Source: Blasia pusilla (lineage: Eukaryota). Taken from it: DNA of 64,000 nucleotides. Position numbers and translations under genes: made by a program. Shown here piece by piece: positions 36,881 to 50,658 of the stretch (positions are counted from its first letter, which is position 1; every line of letters starts with the position of its first letter). The stretch lies in contig CM114271.1 of assembly GCA_050084515.1 (NCBI GenBank), forward strand, positions 46,500,001 to 46,564,000, given 5' to 3'. The notes under the pieces are model-generated. The model was not told the DNA's origin, searched no databases, and saw only the letters and a list, made by a program, of their open reading frames with translations.

Positions 36881-39800
36881 CATGGATAGTCATCACCCTA
36901 GGTATGGTTGAGCAGAGACAGATGCGAGTATCATCCATGTCGTCGCGTCCACGAGTTGAACCATTGCCTACAGGGTCTGTACAGGCATTAGGTGGGGGGG
37001 GGGGGACGAGGAGAGATAGGCACCCATGGACTTCTTGGGACGTCATTTGAGCGGAGAGTGCGAAGGCGGTCAGAGTAGCACATGTTCATTTTTTGGATGT
37101 GGAGCATGGTGTACAAGGTCAGAGTGGAGTGGTTGTTGTGGAGGTGGCTAGGGTTGCTACATAGCAACCAAAGCCGGAGGTTGCGTCCTCTCCGAGTGAG
37201 GTCACGATGGAGACTTGGGAGTTGTGATAGGTCTCAAGTTGATAGGAGGAGAGCGATGGCGAGTTCATAGGTTTTTTAGAGGGCATGTCAGTTGTTTTGC
37301 CTTCAGTATGAGAGACTTGGGTACGCTAAAGGGTCTCGGGATACGGATTGAGTTCGATAGTGATACGCCAATCTTTCGTCGACCCTACAAGTATTCTGAT
37401 ATGGAGCGAGCCTTGATTCAAAATAGGAGTCAGGACTTATTGAAGGCAGGACTTGTGGAGTTATCACATATGGAGTATGCATCTTCCACAGTCATACCGG
37501 AAACGGAGGATATGTATGGCAATTGGACGGATAGGCGGATGTGTGGAGATTACCCTCCTATCAACCGACAGACAAGATCAGATCAGTATGCCACGTCCAT
37601 TCTTGAGGAGATCTTTGATGCAGTAGGGCATGCAAAGATCTTCAGTACTTTAGATCTCCTTGCTGGCTATCATCAGGTTGGAGGACAGGGAGAAGACAAC
37701 ATTATGGGGGATAGATCGGTTCGGGAGAGATTGCTTATATCAGTGGCCGCTCTTACCATTTGGGTTGAAGAACGCGCCTACAGAGTTTCTGAGAGTGATG
37801 GATAGGATTCTAGCTGGCTTGGATTTTATACGATGTTACATAGATGATATTCTTATCTTCAGTTCCGTGGTTGAGGAGCATGAGCGACACTTGGAGGAGG
37901 TGTTTTGGCGATTGCAATTACATGGACTGAAGTTACATCCAGTCAAGTGCAGATTCTTTGAGGAGCAGATTGAGTACTTGGGACACACCATATATCCAAG
38001 TGGGTTAGGTATTCATCAGACAAAGATAGAGGCTATTACGCAGATTCCACGCCCTACAGATGTGAGTCGAGTCCGAGCGTTTCTTGGACTGGTAAACTTC
38101 TATCGACGGTATGTCAAGGGTTATAGTGCAATCGCAAAGTCTTTGACCTTGTTGACGAGACTTGATCAGGTTTGGTTGTGGGGAGATGATTAGGAGTGAG
38201 CATTTTAGGAGCTCAAGGACTGGTTGACGTCCTCGCCCATTTTACAGAGACCGATTAGGGGTCGCCCATTCTAGTTACATATGGATTGGAGCATGTTGGG
38301 TCTAGGAGCAGTGCTTACTCAGAGGGATGACGAGGAGAGGGAGTTCGTTGTGGCTTACGCAAGCTGATCAAACAATATTGCAGAGGCAAAGTACAACTCT
38401 TACGAGGGAGAGTGCTTGGCTGCAGTGTGGGCCGTGGCACATTTCAGGTGCTATTTATTCGACAACCCTTTCACACTTATCTCTAATCATCAGCCGTTGA
38501 GGTGGTTGATGGAGTCCGACAAGCTTACGGGAAATCTTGCCAGGTGGGCTCTATTACTATATGAGTATGAGTTTGAGGTGGTTCATAGGCCAAGTCGGCT
38601 GAACCAAGATGCGGATGGGTTGAGTTGTAACCCATGTCCGAGTCAGAGAGACGACACATGAGCTCGATGGCACGGAGAGAGTGATGAGGAGATGGTGCCC
38701 GAGATGTTGGTTGACTATGGTAGGTCAGTCACAGGTGATGACTCCAGTGGTGGGGTAGGCTGATGAGTCTTTGGATCCGGAGGTCAGTAAGGAGGTGACA
38801 AGTGGTCATGATATCCATGACGATGTGGAGGTTGTGGAGTTCTTGGGCACTGGCGTCATAGCGAGCATAGTGAGTGCTAGGGAGCAAGATCAAATCCTAC
38901 AGAGAACCAAGAGGTTCAGGTGGGAGGGGACTCACATTTTGCGGGTATGGGGAGATGGTAGGATACAAGTGGTACCTCATCCTTCCGAGCAAGCACGTAT
39001 AGTGCAACATGCCCATGAGGAGTTAGGGCATTTTGGAGTAAAGCATACTTACAGCTTACTCTAGATTCAGTATTGGTGGCGCGGCATGCATATTGGGGTA
39101 CAAAAATTTGTGGCCAGATGTATGGTATGTGACAAAGTACGAGCATCCTTCTTTGCTCCCACTCCGCAGTTACATCCTTTGCTGATTATGGGTTTAGGTT
39201 ATTGATGGAGTTTAGACTTTGAGGGATCTTTGCCATTGATAGGGCGTCATCACAAGTACGTGTTGGTCATGGTGGAGCATTTCTCCAAGTGGATAGAGTT
39301 GGTGGCACTACCGGACAAGGCAAGAAAGGGAACAACTTATGCGTTTCTAGATCGTGTGCTTAGTCACTTTGGTGCACCGGCGGAGGTGTTGACTGACCAG
39401 GGTACCGAGTTCAGGGGAGAGTTTCAGGCCTTGTATGATCAGGCGCTGATAGATCACCGCACCACGTCCAGAGATCATCTTGAGGCGGATGGGTTGGCGG
39501 AGAGAGTAGTACAGATGTTGAAGAGAGGATTGCGCAAGTATGGCTTGCAACGGGGACAATTGAGGGAGTGGGACCTATATTTGCCATGGTTGGCTATAGG
39601 TTATCGCTTTAATCGGAAGGCATCCTTAGCATCATTTTCACTGTACTTTTTGCTCTTTGGGAGAGAGCCACATTTACTTGTAGCTATTCGACGGAACATG
39701 GCGGAGGTGTTAGATCTTGATGATCCAGATGTGTGGGTACAAGCATGTCTCTCAGAGGGCGGAGATTTTTCGTAGAGTTATGCCTATGGCCTTTGAGAAC

Positions 39801-40468
39801 TTAGCTATTGCTCAGCATAGAGATACATTGAGGTACGCAACCATTCGTGGAGGAGGTTATCATCCAGGGATTAGGAGATTTCATCCTGGAGAATACTTGT
39901 ATTTATAGCAGGCGGCACCCACGATGCTAGATGTCACTACATGGCGCACGATCCTACGTGTGCGCGAGGTATTACCGACCGGATTCCTCATGTTGGAGGG
40001 ACAGGATGGTATGGTTTGGAAGGATCATGTGCGCAATTGTGGACCATGTCATCTTCTGAACGTAGACGGGATAGTGGATTCGAGCTTGGCAGTGGTACTT
40101 GCAGGCTTGAGGTGTATGTTGTGCGGATCTGCGAGGGGTGCAGCCACCATGTTGGTATTTGATAGTTGCTCTCAAGGGTGGCATATGTCATGTTTGACCC
40201 CCCCTCTTGATATAGTTCCCACGGGATGATGGATGTGTCCGAGATGTGTATAAGGTAGTAGGTCATGTCAGAGAGATGTGATATTTTCTATCTGGAGTTA
40301 GGGGGATCCAACTGCCAGCTAGGGGGCGATTGTGTGATCTCCATGTATATGTATGAGTTGATTTTTGTACATGTGTGGATCTACCCGTGTGTGGAGAAGA
40401 TCGATGTTATGTGGTATAGATGTGATCAGCGATGCATATTGTATAGCGATATGTATGCGCACGACAAC

Positions 40469-41082
40469 TATCACATCTGAGTAGCCCATAGGCCGAGATC
40501 TATCGTGGATAGGGCGTAAGAGCCAGTGGACTATCTTGAGTGTAACTTTGTCCCACGGTGTCGGATAAGGTTGAGGATAGGTCCATTGTGTCAGGAACAT
40601 TGTTTTTGATAACTTTCCTGTTGAGGTCTTTCACAAGTGACTTGTTGACCAGGTCACCCGCCCCTGGTAACCTGTATGCACAGGTTACCAAGTGGATAGC
40701 TATTTTTAGGGGAAGAGACTTTTGGCTCTTCCCAACCATATATAAGAGAGGAAGATGGCTTTCCTAGGCCATCTTTCTCATGTTGGGCCGTTGGAGCACC
40801 TCTCTTGTATGTGTGTGAGATAAGACTAGGGTGCTAGCGTCCGGATTCCTTGATAGCGCACGGTGGACGAGGTTCGATATGCAGATGTAGATTGAGGAGT
40901 GGAGTTTTAGGCCAAGTGTGCCGTTTTTACTACTCTTTATTTTTGTTGTGTGATCTCCATGTATATGTATGAGTTGATTTCTGTACATGTGTGGATATAC
41001 CCGTGTGTGGGGAAGATCAGTCTTGTGTGGTGTAGATGTGACCAATGATGTATGTTGTGTAGCGATATGTATGCGCACAACA
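40469..41082 (+). repeat. 3' LTR of Gypsy copy 1 (~614 bp), preceded by an extra ~135-bp copy of its own 3' end (40331-40466)
   Basis: Starts tatcacatc (tgtcacatc in the paralogue), has TATATAAG at ~40739 and ends ...gcgcacaaca. Homologous to 43164-43784 and ~49390-49692. Confidence 0.75.
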
Positions 41083-43163
41083 TGGTGATAATCTTCACAT
41101 ATTCACTGATCTATCCAATTATCATACATATCCTTCTTTGCCGCCATGATTTTGGCAGATGCATACTCCTCATGCAATAACTCCACCAGTCTTAACTCTT
41201 ACTTTGAGGAAGGCTTGCTCCATATTGGAATACTTGTAGGGTCGATAGAAGACCAACGTATCACTAGCCAAATCTATCCGTGTCCCAAGACCCTTTAAAG
41301 TACCAAAATCTGCAATACTAAAGGCGAAACATGCAACCCACATGCCCTCTCAAGAACCTATGTGTCTGTCGTCTCTCTCCTCTTGTCAACTAAAGACCTA
41401 TCAGAGGCTCTCAAGTCTCCATCGTGATCTCACTTGAAGAAGATGCAACCTCTAGCTTTGGTTGCAATGTAGAAACCCTAGCCACCTCTGCTACAACCAC
41501 CCCATTCTGACTTCCCACATCATGCTCAATACCAGAAGAATGAACATGTGCTATTCTGGCCACCTCCGCAATCTTTACTCTAACGACATTGTAACAAGGC
41601 CATGGGTGTTTAACTCTCCTCGTCTCAACCCAGCCAATGCCTCTACAGATCCTATAGGCTATGCGCTATGCATGGACATGACGACATAGATGACATTTTC
41701 ATCCACATCTACCTAGCCATACCTAGTTTGACTATCCATGTGAGAGAGTTTAGGTCCTTTTCCTGCCCCAATATCTGTCGCTATGATGCTTCTAACATGT
41801 ATGGCATCACAATAGTACCCGTAGCAAACCCCATGGCATGCTCACACTCATCAACGGTAGGATCTTTCAATGCTTGTGTCTCCACGTTCCATTTTATGCA
41901 TGGTCCTTCTTGACGAAAGGTATGGGATATTGGGAAGCTCACCAATGTAGGTAAGACTGCCCTCAATTCCCCCATCCTATTAGCTACCGCCAATAGTGGT
42001 CCATCAATCCGGGCACCATCTAAGACCAACACCTTGGACCCAAGATAGCATCCAATGTGCTCTGTGAACTCCATCATAAGCTTGCCTCAATACCATACCT
42101 CCAATGGTAGAAGGTTCGTCCACCACAATCATGGATGGTGTGCGCGCGATCCAACTCTTGTCACATCCAAAACTACGAGAGGTCCTAACCACAAACTCAC
42201 TTGATACACACTCGGTATCACCCATGTACGAGTGTCTCCCAACAATGGAAGTCTCAAGAATTTACGTTGGAGAACAAGTGTGGCTCTCTTGCAAGTGTTG
42301 TAATACTTGAGACATCTCCCAAAACATCTTTGATCTCGGATCCTACAATCCAAACCCTCGGCCAATTGATGAATGACCCTGACATGGGCATCCAACAATC
42401 ACCAAATGAATGGTGCCAACTCTATCAAGGTCTTGCGCCCCAAAAAATGAATGTCGACGGGTAGTATATGATGATACCCCCATACTGTAGATACCAAGAA
42501 TGGCATGGCAATAAGTCAGGATAAATATAGATCAACCTCGCCACATGGTGCAATGAGACTCGTCATACAATCTCATCTCTCTCCACACAAAGGTACTGAC
42601 GCACTTGTATACCTGCATGCAATATTGCAGCTCGTCCCGTGTTGATCCCTCCGAAGAGATCTAATACTCTAACATGCTCCTCTGAATATTGCCACGCAAC
42701 AAGTGTGGTATCCAATGGTATCAACATCTCCACACTAGAAGCCCGATTGTATCTCGACTCCGTAAGCTCTGGGATAAAGGCATAACTCCAAGCGTGCCTC
42801 ATGAGGTTATCTGCAAGTCACGGCTCATACCCCACAATGGTGAAGTGGTCTCAACAACATGGGAAGAGACACCCGCCATGGCATGTCTCTCCATGGGACT
42901 ATCTGCTACTAGGATGTCCTCCGCATGTGCATTCCCCTCCAACAGCTCTCATGGCTAGCTAATCCCACATGTGAATGCTGCCAATGTGGTCATTGTATTG
43001 TCATGTGATCAACCACCTTGTCTCGCAAACTATACGATTGACTGACTCATGTGGCCATCACCTAATCGCCACCCTGGCTGATAGGCAATGGTCTACTCCC
43101 AAAAATCAAGGAGGAATCCTAAGGGTTCTAACTCAATAATCCCCGCCAACACATCGTATGACT
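41083..43163 (-). mobile_element. DNMT-Gypsy copy 2 (protease C-terminus, DNMT domain, start of RT)
   Basis: ORF 42563-42802 VRVLDLFGGINTG (intact motif I), VIVGCPCQGHS at ~42375-42405, DVTRVGSRAHHP, DPTVDECEHAMGF. RT start breaks at 41083. Confidence 0.88.
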
Positions 43164-45046
43164 TGTCATGCGCATACACATCGCTACACAATCCACATAG
43201 TTGGTCACATCCACACACCACACAACACGATCTTCCCCAACATACGGGTAGATCCACATATAAACAAAATATACTCACGCATATACACCGAGATCCCACA
43301 ACAAAATCAGAGTAGTAAAAATAGCTCACCCGACCTAAAACTTCACTCATGAATTTACATCGGAATATCAAACCACATCCATCCTCCGCTATGAGGGAAT
43401 CCGGATGCTAGCACCCTAACTCCTACACATCCACACACGGTTATGCAAGAGAGATGCGTAAGGCTCAACATGAGAAAAATGGCTTGAGAGAGCCATCTCT
43501 CTCACTCTTATACCCTTGGGAAGAGCCAAAAGACTCTTCACCCAAAAGTAGTCGTACCAACGATAACCTGCATGCAGAAGTTACCGGATTACCGGTGACT
43601 CGATCAACAGATCACTTGACGGACTAAAAAGAATTTGGAAATTGCCATTAACGACGTTCCCAACACATCAGACTTATCGCCAACCTCATCCGATATCACG
43701 GAACGATGTTACACCCGAACAACCCGCTGACTCTCTATGCCGTCGATGCGATAGAACTCTACCTACGTCAAATAAGATGTGACAGTTGTCATGCGCATAC
43801 ATATCACTACACAACCCACATCGCTGGTCACATCTACACACCACATAACACTGATCTTCTCCAACATACGGGTAGATTCACACATAAGAGAAATACACTC
43901 ATGCATATACACCGAGATCCCACAACCACCCCATAGTTGGAAATTGGGTCCCCCTAACTCCAGATAGTAAACACCTATGTACCTGACATGATCTACCATC
44001 TTATACACATCTAGCACCATGAATGTTGTCGACCCCGCAACATTTCCACACTGCAACAACCCGCCGTGTTGATCCCTCCAAAGAGATTTAACACTCTTAT
44101 ACCCTACTCTAAACATAGGCATGGCTCCAAGCCTGCTTCACAAGCTCATCTGCACTCCATGCATCTCAACGCTTGTCCCCAACAACAATAACAAAGCTCT
44201 GCACCATGGGAAGAGACACCCACCCTGGCATGTCCCTCTGTGGGACTATCTTTTACGGGAATGTCCTCCGCATGTGTGCTCATCTCCATGAACCCTCTTG
44301 ATCAGCTAACACCACCTTTGAATGTTGCCAATGTGGTCACCGAATCTTCACGTGGTCAACCACCACTACATCCTGCAAACTCTACCGGTAGATGGCTCAC
44401 CCATCCATCACCTGATCGCCACTCTGGCCGATAAGAAATTGTCTCCTCCCAAAAATCCAAGATAAAACCAAGGGGATACAACAACGCACTTCCTACCAAC
44501 ACATCATACGACTGTGTCCATGTCGTAATCTCCCGAGTGCGCACCATCACACTATCCGACTCATGCTGTGGCTTGAGTCTAACCACCAACTCCTGTCGGG
44601 TCATCTATTGCGTGGGTGATACGCCCCCAATAGAAGTTTGTATCTAAAAGGGAGAACCCTCAATGTCACCTTTCCGTAACCCCAACGCCAAACATGCCGC
44701 ATTCCCTAACATCAAGGATTGCACTCCCAAATCAAGTAGGATGCGCTAGGGGTGTTACACCATACCTCTTGGACTAACCAAGCAAAAAACTCTTGCTCGG
44801 TTATCCAACAACACCACACTTGGTGTGATCATGGCTCACTCTATTGGTGGCCTAGTTGGCATATCTACCAACTTCACCATCGCATCATGCCATGACTCAG
44901 TGGAAAACGTCCCGAGCACCTGCTCCGAGGGCAAGTCCACCACCTTTTCAACTACCTCTGAGCAAGAGGCAGTCACCTCTCCATGTTCACACAACATGGC
45001 GGCCAGTCGAAATACCTCCGTTGGTCCAACTCCCAACGTCACCAAC

Positions 45047-45880
45047 TGTGATACCCACAATTTTGTACTTTTGAAGAAATATATCTTTTTATTCAATGAA
45101 GACTTGTATGTACATTATGATTTTGATTTTTATATATTATCATGGGGAGGAATGAGTAAGATTAAAGTGAATCACGAAGCTCCAAGGACAAGGTAGAGAG
45201 ATAGAAAATCAAGGATTTGCCTAAGAGGAGAGGAGACTAAAATAACGAAGTCTCAAGACCCAGCAAGAAGCTTCAGAACGACAATGAAGCTCTGCAAAGC
45301 TCTGTCTATGAAGTACTTCGCTCTATAACGAAGCATGAAGAAGAAGAGAAAGAAGTACTTTGCTCTTGTACGAAGCACAAAGAACGAAGCACCTGGAACA
45401 AGAACCAAGAATGAGTAGTAAAGCAATCATTCATTCATTCTTATGTACGATGCTTTTGTCTGAGTATTCTTATTGGGTCTGCAGAGTGAGGAGTGAATCA
45501 GGCGAACCTTTCTCATCAATGAAATAATCAACATAAAGTTATAGGAAATCTATTTGACAGAGAGTAGCCTACCGAGACGGATTGAGTTCCGAAAGTAAGA
45601 GAAGCCAACTTTCATGTTGAGGTCTCTGTGAGGTTTCTTGATATCAAGAGGAAATATAACTGAACCTGCTGTCAACTCCACTAGAGAGAATTGAGAAAAG
45701 AACCTTTGGTACTAAGAAAGATCCGAAGATATTGATAAGACATTGAATATAAATCATACACATTTAAATACAACTATTACAACAGAATTGTAATTTTGAA
45801 CTCTCTTTTCATCAAACAATGATCCTCTTGGGGATCGAACTTATTAAACAACTGTAAAATATAAACTATTGTACATTACA
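45047..45880. mobile_element. Solo LTR (834 bp) of an unrelated LTR family inserted in copy 3
   Basis: TG...CA ends with short inverted termini (tgtgat / attaca) and a 5-bp TSD ccaac at 45042-45046 and 45881-45885. The flanks rejoin as continuous Gypsy sequence. Confidence 0.9.
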
Positions 45881-46572
45881 CCAACTCCATGGCGGAAAAC
45901 AATGGAGTTTGGCTCACCCTAGTGGCCATCTCCAACGACATGGTCGACATTGGCTCCTCCCGAGCCAACATAGGAATTGTCTCTCCAACTCCTCGTGACG
46001 TCTACGCACCTGCCTCACGCGTGGGTACTACCAATCATCAAGGCACCATCGACGGTATATGAAGTGCCTCCGACAATATGAATGACTAGGGAACCCTAGC
46101 CTGCCGCCTATTGGTCCCCTCCTATGGGTCAATCTCAACCCCACCTCTCGATGGCTTGGTTACTCTTGCAGCACCCCGAGTCACCACCGCAACAGCCTCA
46201 ACCTGAGCGGCACTACACATAAATTCTATCCCTGTAGAATCCTTATCACGATCGTGGTAAGATGTGGAGGCTGGCGCCACACTAGCTACTCTAAACTCCG
46301 GGCCTGCCTTTAGCTCCATCATCGTCATGGCATCAATCCTATGCTCCAACTGATCGATGCGGATAAGGAGCGCTGCATCGGGTGCACATCCTCCATCTCT
46401 TGTGACGAGTGATGACACTCTACCACCACGATCATCCTCTACTCAATCTCCACCAACTCTCTCGCCCCCAAGTCCTGTGCCTACTGACCATATCGGTGAT
46501 AATGGCATATACCTCTACCATGCTTTTCCTCTTACCCTTCGAAAGATCAAAACACATATTCCTAGTGTGACC

Positions 46573-46576
<4 letters not shown>

Positions 46577-46640
<64 letters not shown>
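46577..46640. repeat. (GA)n microsatellite inside gag of copy 3
   Basis: ~32 ga units, absent from the homologous position in copy 1 (~21755). Confidence 0.93.
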
Positions 46641-46646
<6 letters not shown>

Positions 46647-48659
46647 AAAAAAAGATAGTGATAATGATCACATTGTAACTATGGTGGGGCCATCCTTTGT
46701 GGCTCTGGAGCAATCGGAGGCCCCTCAGCCCTCTACCATGCTTTGGGAAATCCCTTTGCCTATGTGGCCCACACACGTCCAACAAGCCCACCCTGGTCCC
46801 TACTAGGTAACATTTGTGGGTTCGGGCCATTGCCTCATCCGCTCACGATATCCGCCTTGCTCTTTGGGCCCATCGGCCCGCTCCCTTGGTACTCGTGCAT
46901 GCTGGGGTACCTATGGGTATACTCCTACTCGTCGACTCGTCGAATCCCGCGAAAATCCCGTCGTCACCAACTACTCCTCACTCATGTTGATCTCTACCCG
47001 TTCAGACAACTTGAAGACCACCTTCAATGTGGGCTTTGTCGTGTGAAGCAACATTGCATCTCGAACTCTCCTCCGTAGCTCCTCATCCAGCACCCCATAC
47101 CAATACTTAACTGATTGCACCTCAATGATCCCATATATTGCAATGATCAATCTCCGCATGCGCGTGGACACCTCCTTCAGACTCTCACCCAATCTCCACT
47201 GAAAATCATATAGACTCTTCAACTTGTCAGTTTGCACGGCCTACTAGCTCCTCCCCAACTGTCAGAAGAAGGCTATTATAGGACTAAAACTCCGTGGTCC
47301 TCTACCACGAGAGGTCTCTGCCATCTCACCACTCTTATTGCCATCCTCTCCATCTAGTCCCCGGGCTGATGATGAATGTCTCTCCGCCCTCACTATCCCA
47401 TCATACGCATCGCGGCCACTAATGGACACATACCCTAGAGCCCAATACACCCTCCAGGCATCGATCTCTATAGAGTATAGAGATTGGAACTCCATGTAAT
47501 CATCCATGTGTGGACCCTCCAAGTGGTGGAACAACCCCTTCCATGCCTACAAGGGTTGAACCGCGTAGGGGTCTATATCTCATGGAAGTCGCACAATGTT
47601 TTGAACTCGTGGATGAAGTCATCTAGATCTATGGTGCCTACCACACCTGAGAAATGACGCATGCCCCAATGATCCATGTCGTCCATCTCTCTCCATGTAT
47701 CACTGTCCCCATCTGCGATCTTGTCACCAGACCCGCTGTCTAGAGATGACAATCCAGCCATCGAGGGGAGTCAGGATGGTTCCTCACTCAAAACCCCTCA
47801 ATACCTCACACCACTCTGTGTCACTCCACTACCACTACTTGTACTATCCCGTTCTTATGATCCCTAGAAGAACGCCATGATGATAACCCTGTCTCACCCG
47901 CTCAACCACTCAGACTCACCAAGAGTCTCCCACACTCCTCACTAGCTCACCTACGCTAATGGTAATCCCGTGATGACACACTCCGCCTCACGCACACTCA
48001 ACACTCGAGCTCACCATAAGCCTCCCACTAACTCACCTAAACTACTGACACTCTCGGGTCATACACTCGACCCCTACTCGGAAACCGCTGTATATCCAAC
48101 AACATGCTTCAGATGAAAGGAGTCTACACTCATCACCATCGCTACATCCATCTAACACCAACAACTACCTAATACCCGACACTCTCAATCACACAAGATA
48201 AGTGCGGGAAAAGGGACTCGAATGGATAATCTGAACACGCATGCCAATTTACTGCATAGTCAACACTGACCCCTACATGTGGTGCGTTAACCTCCACGGC
48301 ATGACACTCTCCTTAAAAAACATATCGATCCTCCCGTCAGTAGATGCGGACTACCCGTTGACATCGACACGTGTGTCTCCATCACAACCCTCGTAAATCC
48401 TAGCCACGCCTGAAAAACATCAAGTCTTGGAAATCTTTCCGCTACTCCCGAGCACTGCTCAACCATTCCAAGTCATGAAAACTCTAAGAAAATGGCAACT
48501 CTGAAAGCCAAAAAAAACCTCTACCACATAGTGATTCCAACCACATCTGGCCCTAACCATGTAGTTTTTTACGGTGTTGGAATCGGTCGAGGTAGGACCC
48601 AAGTATGCAATTGTAGTTAGCTGGACTGAGTTCGACAAACGCTGTTGGTAGGGCTACGC

Positions 48660-49692
48660 AGTCGTGCTAGAACAAACCCTTCCATGCGATGAAAGGGTTT
48701 GATCGCGCAGGGGTTCGTATTTCTTGGAAGTCACACCATGTGTCGAACTCCTAGACAAAATCATCTAAGTTGATGGTTCCTACCACATCGGAGAAACAAT
48801 GCATGCCCTGCTGGCTCATGTCCTCCATCTCCCTCCATGTGACACTACCTCCGTCTACAATCTCATCACAAAACCCGTTGTCTAGTGATGAAGATCTAGC
48901 CACAGATGGGAGTCCAGATGGTTCCGCACTCAAAACCCTTGGACATCTCACTCCACTCCATGTAACTCCACTACCACTACTCGAACTACCTTGTTCTTCC
49001 AAACACTAGAAGAACACCATGATGATAACCCTACCTCATACGCTCAAGCACTCACACTTACCAAGAGTCTCCCATACTCCTCACTAGCTTACCTACGCTT
49101 ATGCTAATTCCGTGATGATTTACCCGGTCTCACGCACACTCAAAACTAGCCCTTCACACTGAGCCTCCCAAACTAGCTCAACTAAGCTATTGACGCTCTC
49201 TCGGATCATACACACGATCCCTACTCGCGAAACTGACCTATATCCACAAGCATGCTACACATGGAGGGAGTCTACACTCATCACCATTGCTACGTCCATC
49301 TAGCCTAAGCTCTACTTGATACCCAACATCCTCAATGACATGAGTCAAGTATGGGAAAAAGTATTTGAATGGGTAACCTCAACATGCACGCCATCTCTCC
49401 CTCTCTTATAGCTATTTTTGGGGGACAAGCCAAAAGGATCTTCCCCCCAAAATAGTCTCTCCAATCCTAAACCTACGAGCATAGGTTACCAGGTGACTGT
49501 TCGCTCGGTCAACAGGTCACCTGGCCGAAAATAGCAAAGAAGGGGAATCGTCATAAATGCTGCTCCTAACGCAAAGGACTTGTCGTCAACCTCATCCGAC
49601 AGCTCAAGATAAAGTTACACCCAAACAACCCATTGACCCTCTATGTCGTCGACTCGGTAGAACTCTACATGTCGGCTAACTAAGATGTGGCA
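48660..49692 (-). mobile_element. 5' LTR start plus 5' UTR/gag fragment of the DNMT-Gypsy family (possibly the 5' end of copy 2)
   Basis: Starts tgccacatc at 49692, homologous to the LTR up to just past the TATA box (~49410), then jumps to the 5' UTR and gag (ORF 48751-49002 matches ~20560-20820). Confidence 0.8.
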
Positions 49693-50658
49693 AAGATGCC
49701 CACATTGCAATAGCTTGCATAAATTTTTCGGACATTTTGTGTGGCCCTCACAAGTTTTTTTTTCTTTGTTTCATCTAGCGTATCCACGTGTCCTACACAT
49801 GTTTGATAATTATTTTCTTCCCATCCCTCTCAAAAGGCCATACATTGGTTATCCTTAGGATGAGGCTTTAAGAAATCAAGATATGATTGGATTTACATGA
49901 AGAGATGAGAGAGAGAGATGATGAGGAGAATACAAGTTAGAGGGAGTTATCAAAGACCACCCAAAGGATTTGAAAAAGAGATAGACGACATAAACCCACA
50001 TTGAACTAATCATAAAAGTGAAAGAGACTATTCAAATATCACACACCTATATTATTAAAGGAGAATAACTTCTTGATTTGCAAACATATCTCCAATTGAC
50101 AAGACAATGAAATAACAAAAAAATGTTTTGGTAACATGAACAAAAAATTCTTATTTTTTGCATATTAAGCAACATGGTTATTAGTTTTATTTATTTATGT
50201 ATCATCCTTTCCTATTTTGGATTCCAAGGGCACACTACAAACTTACCTTCTCCATGCACTATTTAAACTTAGCCAACTCTCCTCGATTAAAAAAAGAAAA
50301 AACGGCAAGGTCAATGCGCATTATAAGGGCAATGAGTAGTAAGTCGTGTGTGGAAATGATTTTTTTAATCCCAATCCATAAGGTATCCTCGAATAGAAAA
50401 TAATAATTTTCCTAAATTCACTCGGGTTGAGTTTTATCATGAGCGGAAATGGTTTCCGAAATATCACGTCCAGATCAGGCGATACAACAACAACGAGATC
50501 TTTGACCGACCGACGACGAACGTAACTCGTGTTACGTTGATGTCCGTCGGCGTTTCGGTTTTACGTCCGTCTACCGGATGAGACGGGAACCCGCTTTCTT
50601 GCCCCCGTAGAGAAAGAAGGAATCAGCCGGACGACAAGGAACCGCCGGACGGTTCTAG

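Larger units (their letters stand above)
19960..41082 (+). mobile_element. Ty3/Gypsy retrotransposon copy 1 (gag - PR - C5 DNA methyltransferase - RT - RNase H - IN - PHD - 3' LTR), interrupted by a MULE at 22459-34955; 5' LTR missing
   Basis: gag-like ORFs 20658-21464 with a degenerate Zn knuckle at ~21630. Protease VLLDSGAQP at ~35225. DNMT ~35950-36880. RT PFGLKNAP and YIDD (37837-37848). RNase H ~38200-38660. Integrase HEELGH..CxxC and core 38990-39900. PHD ~40113-40255. The RT-RH-IN order is Gypsy. Many stops and frameshifts. Confidence 0.92.
43164..48400 (-). mobile_element. DNMT-Gypsy copy 3, internally deleted (gag - PR - start of DNMT fused to the PHD end - purine tract - 3' LTR 43784-43164)
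   Basis: gag ORFs 47761-46971 match 20658-21464. Protease ILLDLGVQSLMLG at ~44740. DNMT motif I at ~44100-44070 jumps directly to the PHD-terminal sequence at ~44020. The LTR end catgaca abuts the ESYDV region of copy 2. Confidence 0.85.

Noticed and set aside
41083-41100. tggt after the LTR as a primer-binding site
   Set aside because: The sequence is the reverse complement of the RT region of copy 2, into which copy 1 inserted.
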